Below, piece after piece: positions 8,329-16,428 of a stretch of 55,135 nucleotides of DNA. Made by a program: the position numbers and the translations under genes. The stretch's first letter is position 1; each line of letters begins with the position of its first letter. The stretch comes from a virus. The stretch lies in UHGV virus genome UHGV-0258472; one strand, 5' to 3'. Under the pieces are notes generated by a model that saw nothing but the letters and a program-made list of their open reading frames with translations, did not search any database and had not been told where the DNA came from.

Positions 8329-8505
8329 TTATTTTTGATTCTCTGTTTCGTTCAGCCTTTCGGCGTGTCCGGCCCTTAGCCAATGTTCTAAGCATTCGTT
8401 GCACTCGTTACAGCCTCCTTTCTTCGTGCTGCATACATTGCACATTGCACGCATAACGCTTTCTCGTTCATAGTCGTCATGCCATTGGTAATTATCAAAA
8501 GGCAT
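8329..8505 (-). CDS. small Cys-rich protein (58 aa, CxxC ... CxxCxxC)
   Basis: ATG at 8505 with strong SD aaaggagag; not in ORF track (under 60 aa). Confidence 0.4.
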   Translation of the reverse strand: MPFDNYQWHDDYERESVMRAMCNVCSTKKGGCNECNECLEHWLRAGHAERLNETENQK

Positions 8506-8664
8506 AATGCTCTCTCCTTTTCAGGTGATTTCTACGCATTTCAGCGCTGCCGGATTTTTAAAGAGCATTTTGTTTGCTTGAAGTATACAAAATGGATACG
8601 TGCTAACAAGGTGTAAAGCGCCATTATGTGACATTCATCACACAATGACGCCATTTTGTAAACT

Positions 8665-9453
8665 TCAGTCCGGCAAAACGCGGTTGAGCGTAGTACGATT
8701 GATGGCCCGGTCGTTAGCCAGGAATACAGCACGGGCGAAGCCACGCGGCGTTAGTGAGCGGATCATCTTTGTTCGCTTTGATTTTCCGCCTAACTTCGCG
8801 TGCTGCTTACTGTCTTCCCATTCATCTGGCATCGGCACAGGACGGAATAGCGGCTGCTTAAATCCATTCCCGCACCAAATACAAGTTTTCTTCGTGTAGG
8901 CGTCGCGGTCGGCAATGTATTCCGGGAAAGCGGGATGTTTATCATCTTCCGGCAGGTAGCCACCGTAAGCGCAAGGATTGAAGATAAAATCCGGTTTACG
9001 CCATAACGTTGACAGCACGCCAACAGGATTTTCAACCATCCACGGCACGTTATACATGTTAGCCAGAGATTCAACCAACATTGCGTTTCTTGCCGCCTTA
9101 TTCTGAAAACAAGGATCTTTTCTGTATTTATCAACGAACCAACGAGCGCCGGACACAGCAAGATCATCACACGGAGGAAAGCCCAGGATAATGTCAGGAT
9201 CTGGATATACAGACAATTCAGGTGAGAACATTACCAGAAAATGGCTATCAATCCAGACGTTAACATATTCAATATTTGGATGAATTATTTTTACACCGTC
9301 ATAATCACCGTGATTAGCGCCGTCATAGTTGAAGCAATAACATTTATAACCAGCGTCCGCCCAATCTTTAACGGCGTACCCGCTGCCGTCGTACAGCGAC
9401 CATACCACCCAATTTCTAAGCCAATTATTTAACCAATGTTTAGCCCTGCTCAT
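8665..9453 (-). CDS. putative DNA (cytosine-5)-methyltransferase-like protein
   Basis: Motifs resembling C5-MTase motif I (LYDGSG), IV (GFPPCDD, PC-type) and VI (ENPVG); ATG at 9453. Confidence 0.5.
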   Translation of the reverse strand: MSRAKHWLNNWLRNWVVWSLYDGSGYAVKDWADAGYKCYCFNYDGANHGDYDGVKIIHPNIEYVNVWIDSHFLVMFSPELSVYPDPDIILGFPPCDDLAVSGARWFVDKYRKDPCFQNKAARNAMLVESLANMYNVPWMVENPVGVLSTLWRKPDFIFNPCAYGGYLPEDDKHPAFPEYIADRDAYTKKTCIWCGNGFKQPLFRPVPMPDEWEDSKQHAKLGGKSKRTKMIRSLTPRGFARAVFLANDRAINRTTLNRVLPD

Positions 9454-9953
9454 TTTCTGCCCTCAAACGTGAAATAGCGGCGCATGATGATAGTAATCAC
9501 CGTTACCGCTGCCATTTTTGAGATGAATTGCATAGCTGATATTTCCGGCATAAATGCCATAAACGATAGCGTCGGGAAAATTAACGCATCACCTATGGCG
9601 GACGCTATATTTGCAGGCCAACGTTTAGAATCAAAGTCACCAGGCAAAACCCGGTAAACGCCGCCAGAAATAAGCGCACCGGAAACAACCGCGACAAATG
9701 ACGCGATCGCCACCATTCCGGCGTCGTAATTTATCAGCACAGTGATTGCGCCAGCGGCGGCGCATGTTGTAGCCGACCATTTCAGGCCGCCGTCATATAA
9801 CAGGAAGTCACGGATCATCATATTGACACACACGGCGGCTACCGTGGTGATCGGAATTACCAACGGGCCGCAATGGTTAACAATAAGATTGATGATCACG
9901 AAAACGGCGACATAAACGCAGGCTAATAACCTGTCAATTGTCACCCTTTCCAT
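9450..9953 (-). CDS. integral membrane protein (multi-pass)
   Basis: ORF-track start 9995 is TTG; ATG at 9953; several long hydrophobic stretches. Confidence 0.45.
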   Translation of the reverse strand: MERVTIDRLLACVYVAVFVIINLIVNHCGPLVIPITTVAAVCVNMMIRDFLLYDGGLKWSATTCAAAGAITVLINYDAGMVAIASFVAVVSGALISGGVYRVLPGDFDSKRWPANIASAIGDALIFPTLSFMAFMPEISAMQFISKMAAVTVITIIMRRYFTFEGRK

Positions 9954-10425
9954 TTTTATGGTACCCCGCCGCGCGTAATAGTGATTCGTTGTCAAACTTC
10001 ACATCAAGCCTATTTGAAAGGCTACCATTTAGAGTTATCCCGCTGGCGTCGATCGTGCCGCCGGATATAGTGACATTCTTACAGCCGCAATTTAACGGCA
10101 TATCAAAAACAGCCTGTTTCTTTCTTTGTTCTTCCTCCCGATCCGTTAATATCTGTTCTGCCTTAAGCGCGTTATAAGCAATAAGGTCTATAAGAGTATC
10201 GAGCGGGTCGCTACCATTGCTTAAAATGGCCTCTAATCGCGCCTCCTTGAGACAAATTAGTAGATCCCATACATCAAGCGGGGTTAAATTTGTCCCCTTC
10301 TTAGCGTTGTAAATAGTGGCTATTTTTGGCGCTGATTTTTCTTCTTTTCGATCGTATCCGTTTTGTTCCCCTCTTGCCTCAATAGTTTCAGCCGCAAGTC
10401 TTAGCAATTCAGCCGCTTTACTCAT
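9934..10425 (-). CDS. hypothetical protein
   Basis: Internal ATG at 10425 just downstream of the Dam-like gene stop. Confidence 0.45.
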   Translation of the reverse strand: MSKAAELLRLAAETIEARGEQNGYDRKEEKSAPKIATIYNAKKGTNLTPLDVWDLLICLKEARLEAILSNGSDPLDTLIDLIAYNALKAEQILTDREEEQRKKQAVFDMPLNCGCKNVTISGGTIDASGITLNGSLSNRLDVKFDNESLLRAAGYHKNGKGDN

Positions 10426-10957
10426 TTTCTGCACCTCTTGCATATAGCTCTTTACGTGTTATCTGCGTGAAAATACATTCATGTCTGCACCGTGGATGCC
10501 AGATCAAAAACAAGCTACCCTTATTGTTTCCGCTTGCTGGTTTCCCTGTCGCAGCATTGATAAACGCCAGCCGCCCGCGCGTGATTAATCGGCATTCGTT
10601 TGCCGTCTCCACGCCGTTCATAAACCAGTTAACAGAGATGTCGGCTGGCAACAACATTACACAGCCAATATGATTTCGGTGATGTTCCATCGCTGCCTTA
10701 TCTACGAATGGCCCCGGATTCGAATATGGCGGATTAAGCCAGACATACTCACCAGGCATCGCCACCGCTCCCCACGGATAATGCAACGTGTCCATTTCTT
10801 CGGTTATATATCGCGGAACTAATGCGTTTGCCTTGTTTGCCGCCACATCCGCGACGAATTCGAATTCCCGATCCATTCCTCTAAAAACTGGTTTTGGCGT
10901 TTGCCATAAGTCCTTTATTTCTTTTGGCGTATGGCTTCCGCCGTAATCATTTTTCAT
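10418..10957 (-). CDS. phage Dam-type DNA N6-adenine methyltransferase
   Basis: Catalytic motif NPPY (WLNPPYSNPGPF); size typical of phage Dam family; ATG at 10957. Confidence 0.75.
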   Translation of the reverse strand: MKNDYGGSHTPKEIKDLWQTPKPVFRGMDREFEFVADVAANKANALVPRYITEEMDTLHYPWGAVAMPGEYVWLNPPYSNPGPFVDKAAMEHHRNHIGCVMLLPADISVNWFMNGVETANECRLITRGRLAFINAATGKPASGNNKGSLFLIWHPRCRHECIFTQITRKELYARGAENE

Positions 10958-10966
10958 TACGCCCCC

Positions 10967-11200
10967 TTAGAAATAATCCTGATCAGTACCCCAGCGGTTA
11001 TTCAGATACCCCACCAACCACACAAAACGCTCAATGCTAATTAGCGGGGCGACCTTGCGATAATGCTTGTCTAGTATCAGCCGCGTGGCTTTATCGCTGT
11101 ATCCGTTCTTTTCTACCTCCGCTTTGCAGGCAGAAAGCGCGGCGCGGGCGGCAGTTTTAACGGCGTTAAATTGCGGCTCTGACAGGTTAAATAAAGCCAT
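10967..11200 (-). CDS. hypothetical protein
   Basis: Internal ATG at 11200 with SD ggtga. Confidence 0.4.
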   Translation of the reverse strand: MALFNLSEPQFNAVKTAARAALSACKAEVEKNGYSDKATRLILDKHYRKVAPLISIERFVWLVGYLNNRWGTDQDYF

Positions 11201-11204
11201 ATAA

Positions 11205-11441
11205 TCACCACGGATCATCCCAATCAGGCGAGGCCACCCAACAAAAACCCACTAAAACACTAAAAGCGAATAGCACGCGTATACCAAAAAACAATTCAGC
11301 CCACGACCGAACATCAGGAAGCGACCATGTGATAAACATTGCTCCGACGATCAGGACGGCAATAACAACGGCGCACGCCAGGAAAATAAAAAGCGCGGCT
11401 AAAAGCCACGCCCCAAAAAAGTGAAAAACTTCTCTTAACAT
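11205..11441 (-). CDS. small membrane protein (78 aa, two hydrophobic segments)
   Basis: ATG at 11441 with SD gagga. Confidence 0.45.
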   Translation of the reverse strand: MLREVFHFFGAWLLAALFIFLACAVVIAVLIVGAMFITWSLPDVRSWAELFFGIRVLFAFSVLVGFCWVASPDWDDPW

Positions 11442-11645
11442 TTAAACGTCCTCAATTACCCCGCCTTTCACGCGCTCTTTAATATCCCATACGTGAGGCT
11501 TGCATATTTCCTGATAATAGTGATCCGGCCTGCTGCCGAAATACCATTTGCCATCCATATAAAAATAAACGCCAGAAAAATTACCAGGTGCGGCCTTTGT
11601 TGCTGATTCTGGAATTTTCCATTCTCTATAGTGTTTAAACTTCAT
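11442..11645 (-). CDS. hypothetical protein (67 aa)
   Basis: ORF track; ATG at 11645. Confidence 0.4.
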   Translation of the reverse strand: MKFKHYREWKIPESATKAAPGNFSGVYFYMDGKWYFGSRPDHYYQEICKPHVWDIKERVKGGVIEDV

Positions 11646-11826
11646 ACATTAACACCGCCTTTTTAAGTGCGCTTAATTCAAAGTGCATCAGACGAAAATG
11701 CTGCACACCACCAATAAGACTAACCTGATAAATATCACCGACACTGTTATAGTAATAACAGCCAAATTGACCGATCCCGGCTAATTTAGCGTTATCCGGT
11801 ATCATGTATTCGCCAACCTTTTTCAT
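11635..11826 (-). CDS. hypothetical protein (63 aa)
   Basis: ATG at 11826 with SD gaggtga. Confidence 0.4.
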   Translation of the reverse strand: MKKVGEYMIPDNAKLAGIGQFGCYYYNSVGDIYQVSLIGGVQHFRLMHFELSALKKAVLMYEV

Positions 11827-11924
11827 ATATCACCTCATATGGTATTCAATAAACCATCTAACAAATAAACATAAAGCAATAAACCCCCAACAAATGCACA
11901 TAAATAGCAATGTGTCGTCCATTG

Positions 11925-12143
11925 TTAAGCCTCCATTAATCCGTAGTCGAATTTACCTAAATATCTTTCAAGGCTAACGATCTCAATTCCATCAACGCAT
12001 CGCTTCCACACAGACACCTGGCTTTCATTTTCCCTGAAGTGCATATTAGAAAGCACTTCATCGGCTGGATAGCTTTTCCCGGCGACGTAGGCATCGTTAC
12101 CTACGCCACCTTCTACGCAATAAAGCATGAATTCGCGTTCCAT
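11925..12143 (-). CDS. hypothetical protein (72 aa)
   Basis: ATG at 12143 with SD ggagga; preceded by a motif-bearing intergenic region. Confidence 0.4.
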   Translation of the reverse strand: MEREFMLYCVEGGVGNDAYVAGKSYPADEVLSNMHFRENESQVSVWKRCVDGIEIVSLERYLGKFDYGLMEA

Positions 12144-12242
12144 TTTGGCTTCCTCCGCACCGTAAACCTTTCGATTTCGGTTTACATAACGGATATGCGA
12201 TCATAATACAAAATGTATATTTATGTGATCTGAATCACTCTG

Positions 12243-12863
12243 TTAATGAAGTACGCGTTTTTCCGGGTGAGGCATTGGCTGTGCGTTTTTCCGTGCATCA
12301 TTAAGCACAGCGATAGCCGCCTGTACACCGAAATCATTTGCGCGCATATCATTGCCAACCATTTCACCGTAAAACAGCGGCATAAACGCTTTTACTTCTT
12401 CTTCCTTGTGGCCTTCCTCAATGCATTTCTGCAACATCTTAACTTCAAAGATGTTTTTCATCAGGCCGCGCATAGAATGCAGTGAAACACTACCAAGCTG
12501 ATCCTTGTTCAACGGGAAAATAACAGCACTTCCGAACGCGAGCGGATCAACCTCTTCCGGCACTGGTACGCGTCCGAATTCTTCCTCCATGCGCTTCACA
12601 AAAGTAAGAGAGAATACATAACGCGCCACCGCTGTTTTTTCTTCCAGGCTTAAAGACACGTAATCGCGGATTGACGCCGCCATCACAATATCAACAACCT
12701 GTAGCGCCAGATTCAAATCAGCGTCATACGCGCCAGCTTCCATATCTTTCAATACTTCGTGATAATCTTTAATTTCCACTTCGTGAAAGTTTGCATCATC
12801 TGTATAGCGAGTGATCAACATGCCTTCATTACCGAGAGAGTAAGCTGTTTTGATGTCGTTCAT
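12243..12863 (-). CDS. hypothetical protein (206 aa)
   Basis: ATG at 12863 with SD aagga. Confidence 0.5.
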   Translation of the reverse strand: MNDIKTAYSLGNEGMLITRYTDDANFHEVEIKDYHEVLKDMEAGAYDADLNLALQVVDIVMAASIRDYVSLSLEEKTAVARYVFSLTFVKRMEEEFGRVPVPEEVDPLAFGSAVIFPLNKDQLGSVSLHSMRGLMKNIFEVKMLQKCIEEGHKEEEVKAFMPLFYGEMVGNDMRANDFGVQAAIAVLNDARKNAQPMPHPEKRVLH

Positions 12864-12876
12864 GATATTTATCCTT

Positions 12877-13209
12877 TTATAGTGGGTGATGCCATTTCAT
12901 TTCTGTTTCTGAATTAAACGGGTTTCCTTCGCTTGAAAGGAATAAATCACGCTCCCGTTTCAGTTCTTCCGGGCTTATTTCTATTTCATCAATCTGACCG
13001 AACGATCCCGGAATCATTCGTTTTAAATCAGATAGCGGGCGCATAAGGCCGCAGCCGCGTAACAGCATATCTACCGCGAATTGCCGCCTACCGCCAGCGT
13101 CATTGAAGCGACGCGCCCAGGGCACAACCACGATCCGGCGTTCGAATTCGATAAATAGTGATAGCTTGTTTGTTGCGCTATCATATGCTTTATGGAATTT
13201 AATTTTCAT
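12877..13209 (-). CDS. hypothetical protein (110 aa)
   Basis: ATG at 13209 with SD gaggtg. Confidence 0.45.
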   Translation of the reverse strand: MKIKFHKAYDSATNKLSLFIEFERRIVVVPWARRFNDAGGRRQFAVDMLLRGCGLMRPLSDLKRMIPGSFGQIDEIEISPEELKRERDLFLSSEGNPFNSETEMKWHHPL

Positions 13210-13390
13210 TTAACACCTCGACGTATTGCTCAAGATGCCATTGACCAACCTCGTCGTCTTCTTCATCAAATAATGTTACCTGCCCACCTGGACCAAAAGA
13301 AATGGCAGCTATAATAAATTTATAGCCATACCATGTGCGGATCTTTTCACCGCCTTTCAGGTGTTTAACCTTCACTAATTTTATAGCCAT
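13199..13390 (-). CDS. hypothetical protein (63 aa)
   Basis: ORF track; ATG at 13390. Confidence 0.4.
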   Translation of the reverse strand: MAIKLVKVKHLKGGEKIRTWYGYKFIIAAISFGPGGQVTLFDEEDDEVGQWHLEQYVEVLNEN

Positions 13391-13653
13391 ACGCCGAACA
13401 TCCCATTCAATCCGGCGAACAATTTCCGCCAGTGGTCTTCAACATAAGCCCGGAACGGCTTAACGCGAACATTGCGGGCCTTCAGTTCAATCTTGTCAAA
13501 GAAGATCGGCTCTATAATTGTTCCGTCCAGGTATTTAACAAGGATCGGGCGCTCAAGATCGTTATATGCTTTATTCAGCACGACCAGCCCAGGGTCACTA
13601 CGATATGCGGGCAAAACAACGAGATCACCAGCTTTTGCATTCCACGGAGTCAT
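13381..13653 (-). CDS. hypothetical protein (90 aa)
   Basis: ATG at 13653 with SD aaggggtga. Confidence 0.45.
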   Translation of the reverse strand: MTPWNAKAGDLVVLPAYRSDPGLVVLNKAYNDLERPILVKYLDGTIIEPIFFDKIELKARNVRVKPFRAYVEDHWRKLFAGLNGMFGVWL

Positions 13654-13772
13654 AACATCACCCCTTTACCAATAAGGGCAATCACCGCCGCCAGTGCGCC
13701 ACAAAAGACAACCGTAAACAGGAAGCAAATAACGCAAAACGCGACCGTTACAATATCCTTACTGACTTTCAT
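13650..13772 (-). CDS. small hydrophobic membrane peptide (40 aa)
   Basis: ATG at 13772 after SD gagg; stop overlaps next start (ATGA). Confidence 0.4.
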   Translation of the reverse strand: MKVSKDIVTVAFCVICFLFTVVFCGALAAVIALIGKGVML

Positions 13773-13780
13773 AATTAGCC

Positions 13781-13894
13781 TCACATATTAGTAATCAGTT
13801 TTATGATCGCCACCGTAATATAAAGCGATACGCTGAGATACAGCACCGCCACCGCTACCGCCGCAAGCAATGCGGCAATTTTTGCAAGATTCAT
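13781..13894 (-). CDS. small hydrophobic membrane peptide (37 aa)
   Basis: ATG at 13894 overlaps upstream stop (ATGA); SD ggaggg. Confidence 0.4.
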   Translation of the reverse strand: MNLAKIAALLAAVAVAVLYLSVSLYITVAIIKLITNM

Positions 13895-14115
13895 TTCCCG
13901 CCCTCCGCAATGAATTTATCAAGCCATTTGTTATTCGCCAGTCGTTCGGCATCTTCGCCAAATGATTTACGTTCGCTTAATTCCTTGCGCGTTGGAAAGT
14001 GCCAGTGATCATGCCAACCCGCAGACGTTTCGAATTCATACAAACCACCGCTAAAAGTAATAAGATCATCAGCACCGTCCGGCATTTCTTTATCGACTTC
14101 TTTATCTTCGACCAT
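13891..14115 (-). CDS. hypothetical protein (74 aa)
   Basis: ORF track; ATG at 14115. Confidence 0.4.
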   Translation of the reverse strand: MVEDKEVDKEMPDGADDLITFSGGLYEFETSAGWHDHWHFPTRKELSERKSFGEDAERLANNKWLDKFIAEGGK

Positions 14116-14129
14116 GATTTAATACCTCA

Positions 14130-14408
14130 TTAATCGTTAATAACCTGGCCCATACGACCGCGATATTTGCGCATACGTGGATCGACATATTCAGGCCAAT
14201 GCATATCCGGTTTTCTTTGCAGTGGGTAAAAACTTGCCTGCCAGTTGTCGAACCATATTTGCTTTGCGTACAGGTCACTAAATCTTTTCGCCATCCGATC
14301 CGCTGCCGTGCCGCATAAAAAAAGCCCATGATCGATTTGATCACGGGCTTCTTTTAATACTTGCTCTTTTGTTCGTGGTGGCGGTGGCGGTTTTAGATAA
14401 TCACTCAT
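14130..14408 (-). CDS. hypothetical protein with poly-proline stretch
   Basis: ATG at 14408 (ORF-track first codon is GTG). Confidence 0.4.
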   Translation of the reverse strand: MSDYLKPPPPPRTKEQVLKEARDQIDHGLFLCGTAADRMAKRFSDLYAKQIWFDNWQASFYPLQRKPDMHWPEYVDPRMRKYRGRMGQVIND

Positions 14409-14424
14409 CGCTAACACATTGATT

Positions 14425-14844
14425 CTAAAAAGGAATATCGTCGTCGAAGTCCATCGGCGGCGGATTATTCCCGTTATTATTCTGCTGCTGCGGCGGCGCT
14501 TTCTGCTGCTGGCCTTGCTGCTGGCCTTGTTGGTTGACGTTCATGAATTCGAACTCATTAACCGCCACTTCGACCGCCGTCCCCTTCGTGCCATCGTTCC
14601 GGTCAAACTGCCGAACATCCAGGCGACCGCTTACCACTATCTTTCCACCCTTGCGGATATGTGGCGCTAATTTTTCCGCACGCTCGCCAAATACCAGGCA
14701 AGTGATCCACATTACCCGCTTATTATCACCGTAGCCATTCGTTACAGCTAACGGAAAACTACCAATCGCTTTTCCGTTTTGCGTGTAGCGAACTTCCATA
14801 TCATTCCCGATATTCCCGCCCAGCGTAATTGAATTTAAACTCAT
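14425..14844 (-). CDS. ssb: single-stranded DNA-binding protein
   Basis: OB-fold SSB N-terminal region, Gln/Gly-rich linker and acidic C-terminal tail DFDDDIPF; ATG at 14844. Confidence 0.85.
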   Translation of the reverse strand: MSLNSITLGGNIGNDMEVRYTQNGKAIGSFPLAVTNGYGDNKRVMWITCLVFGERAEKLAPHIRKGGKIVVSGRLDVRQFDRNDGTKGTAVEVAVNEFEFMNVNQQGQQQGQQQKAPPQQQNNNGNNPPPMDFDDDIPF

Positions 14845-15485
14845 TAACCCATCTCCCCGTTAAGCTCTGATTTTCTGATCTGGTATACGTCGCTCGCTTT
14901 CTGTCGTTGCTCTGAGTTTTCAGGTAATAACTTCCAGCATTTAGCAAAAATATCTTTAAGCGCTTTTTCGTCCTGCGCTTTCGCTGCCGCATCACAAAAA
15001 CGCGCTAACACCTCGTCAGGATTTGGCGGCGCTTTCTGCTGCTGTGGCTGTTGTTTTGGTTGGTTTTTCTGCTGGCGTGGCTGCTGACCTGTCTGCTTAG
15101 CGTATGCGTCAGTATCAGGATCTCGCGCATCATCAATGCAGAATAAGCCGTTCAAAGCATATTTTCGCGCGTAACTTGATGTCGCTCCTGTTAGCTGGCT
15201 TGCATCCATACCCTTCTTGCTTTCTTCCTCCCTGGCGTAAGCAGTTACCGCTATTACGTCTTCACCGTCGCTTAATGTTGCCGTGGCTTTCACATAATAT
15301 CGATTGCCGATCAGGACAATTTCATCACTTACAGTCAGCGTGATATTTTGAAGCAGTGGTTTAACCGCCTCTAGAATATCCTCCGCCGACCTGTAATTAT
15401 ACCCACCAAAATTATTACGCTGATTTTTCGGCGCGTTCAGCGTTTGCTGAATCGTCCATAACTTTTTATGTAACTCTGTTTTCAC
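14844..15485 (-). CDS. erf: Erf-family single-strand annealing recombinase
   Basis: N-terminal region (...LNAPKNQ...YRSAEDILEAVKPLL...IVLIGNRYYVKATAT...AREEESKKGMDASQ..TGATSSYARKY..NGLF.IDDA) matches P22 Erf; GTG start at 15485 with SD aaggag. Confidence 0.85.
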   Translation of the reverse strand: MKTELHKKLWTIQQTLNAPKNQRNNFGGYNYRSAEDILEAVKPLLQNITLTVSDEIVLIGNRYYVKATATLSDGEDVIAVTAYAREEESKKGMDASQLTGATSSYARKYALNGLFCIDDARDPDTDAYAKQTGQQPRQQKNQPKQQPQQQKAPPNPDEVLARFCDAAAKAQDEKALKDIFAKCWKLLPENSEQRQKASDVYQIRKSELNGEMG

Positions 15486-15604
15486 TATTTAATCTCCTTC
15501 GCTGTTAACACTACGTATAAGGCTTTATTCGCGGCGCTCCACATTTCGGCATCGTGAAGCATTTCCGCTACAGCTAGTTTGAATTGAAGCGCACGAATAA
15601 CCAT
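15485..15604 (-). CDS. small ORF (39 aa) whose 3' end supplies the Erf SD
   Basis: ATG at 15604 with SD ggaggtga preceded by the acaaaatgtaaac motif. Confidence 0.35.
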   Translation of the reverse strand: MVIRALQFKLAVAEMLHDAEMWSAANKALYVVLTAKEIK

Positions 15605-15634
15605 AATGTCACCTCCAGCTGTTTACATTTTGTA

Positions 15635-15925
15635 TTAATGGTAGCGGACTTTATCCAGTGGTTTTTCCCCTAGCTGACGTGGTTGCGTTGCGTGGTAGTA
15701 GTTGCCGCTTTCATTTTCCGTATACCATTTTACTGATCCTTTGCGACGTTCTTTAATGCTATTTGATTTGCATCTTTCCTCGTTTGCAAAGCGAATAGCT
15801 TTATCCACATTGTCTGTTTTATTAATTGCAGGTGATGATTTTCTTTCGTTTTCTCTTTTTATTCTTCTGCGTTCCCTGGCATTCAGTTTACTGTCACATT
15901 TGCCATACATGATTGTAACTGTCAT
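15635..15925 (-). CDS. hypothetical basic protein (96 aa)
   Basis: ATG at 15925 with SD aaggag; first gene after the large non-coding region. Confidence 0.45.
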   Translation of the reverse strand: MTVTIMYGKCDSKLNARERRRIKRENERKSSPAINKTDNVDKAIRFANEERCKSNSIKERRKGSVKWYTENESGNYYHATQPRQLGEKPLDKVRYH

Positions 15926-16406
15926 GATCTGATCTCCTTATATCCTTGATGATACTTAATAAAAAATCATCTTCGTTAATTGCCGCACTTCCAGCGGCTG
16001 ACCAGATTGTTAAAGAATGGCTTAACATCTTTCAACTAATCCCGCAATCATCGCCGTTTCCGGTGTGACCCTGCTCACTCCAAGCAAGCTGACTCGTCGC
16101 CTTGCGTGCGGTTTCGTGGGGGATGTGACGCTTTAGACACCCCATGCGCCTTGTTATCAGTGCCGCTTTCGGTCCCCCATCGGGGAGTTACTCCACGGTT
16201 GACAAGGTGTTAAGCCTGATTTTTAAAGTGCCAGGAAGGCGCTTTTTGTTTCCTGCCTCCTTCCTTTGATTCGCAATATACGCCCTGTGATATACCGAGT
16301 CAATCCATTTTGTATACTTTTTTAAAATATTTTATATATCATTGATATTTAAATTATAAAAACAGTTTTTTGGTTTACGTTTTGGTTATTTTACGGGCAA
16401 AGAAAG

Positions 16407-16422
16407 GCCGCCATCCGGCGGC
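16407..16422 (-). terminator. GC hairpin downstream of the repressor gene
   Basis: gccgccggatggcggc stem-loop on minus strand followed by ctttctttg. Confidence 0.4.
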
Positions 16423-16428
16423 TAATGT

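Noticed and set aside
7709-8404. ORF-track N-terminal extensions of NinG (to 8404), integrase (to 26292), endolysin (to 54885), tail assembly K-like gene (to 35733) and several small genes
   Set aside because: Extensions begin at non-ATG codons or lack SD sequences, overlap upstream genes or regulatory DNA, and internal ATGs with good SD give protein lengths matching the known families.
14102-14344. Minus-strand ORF 14102..14344 overlapping 14130..14417 in another frame
   Set aside because: Overlaps a neighbouring gene almost entirely and has no plausible start context; kept the frame that continues the coupled gene series.
15926-16428. Possible tRNA or CRISPR array in the 500-bp non-coding region and at the attP direct repeats
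   Set aside because: No cloverleaf-compatible acceptor/T-arm pattern and no regularly spaced repeat-spacer units; the direct repeats at 26228-26479 are a single pair.
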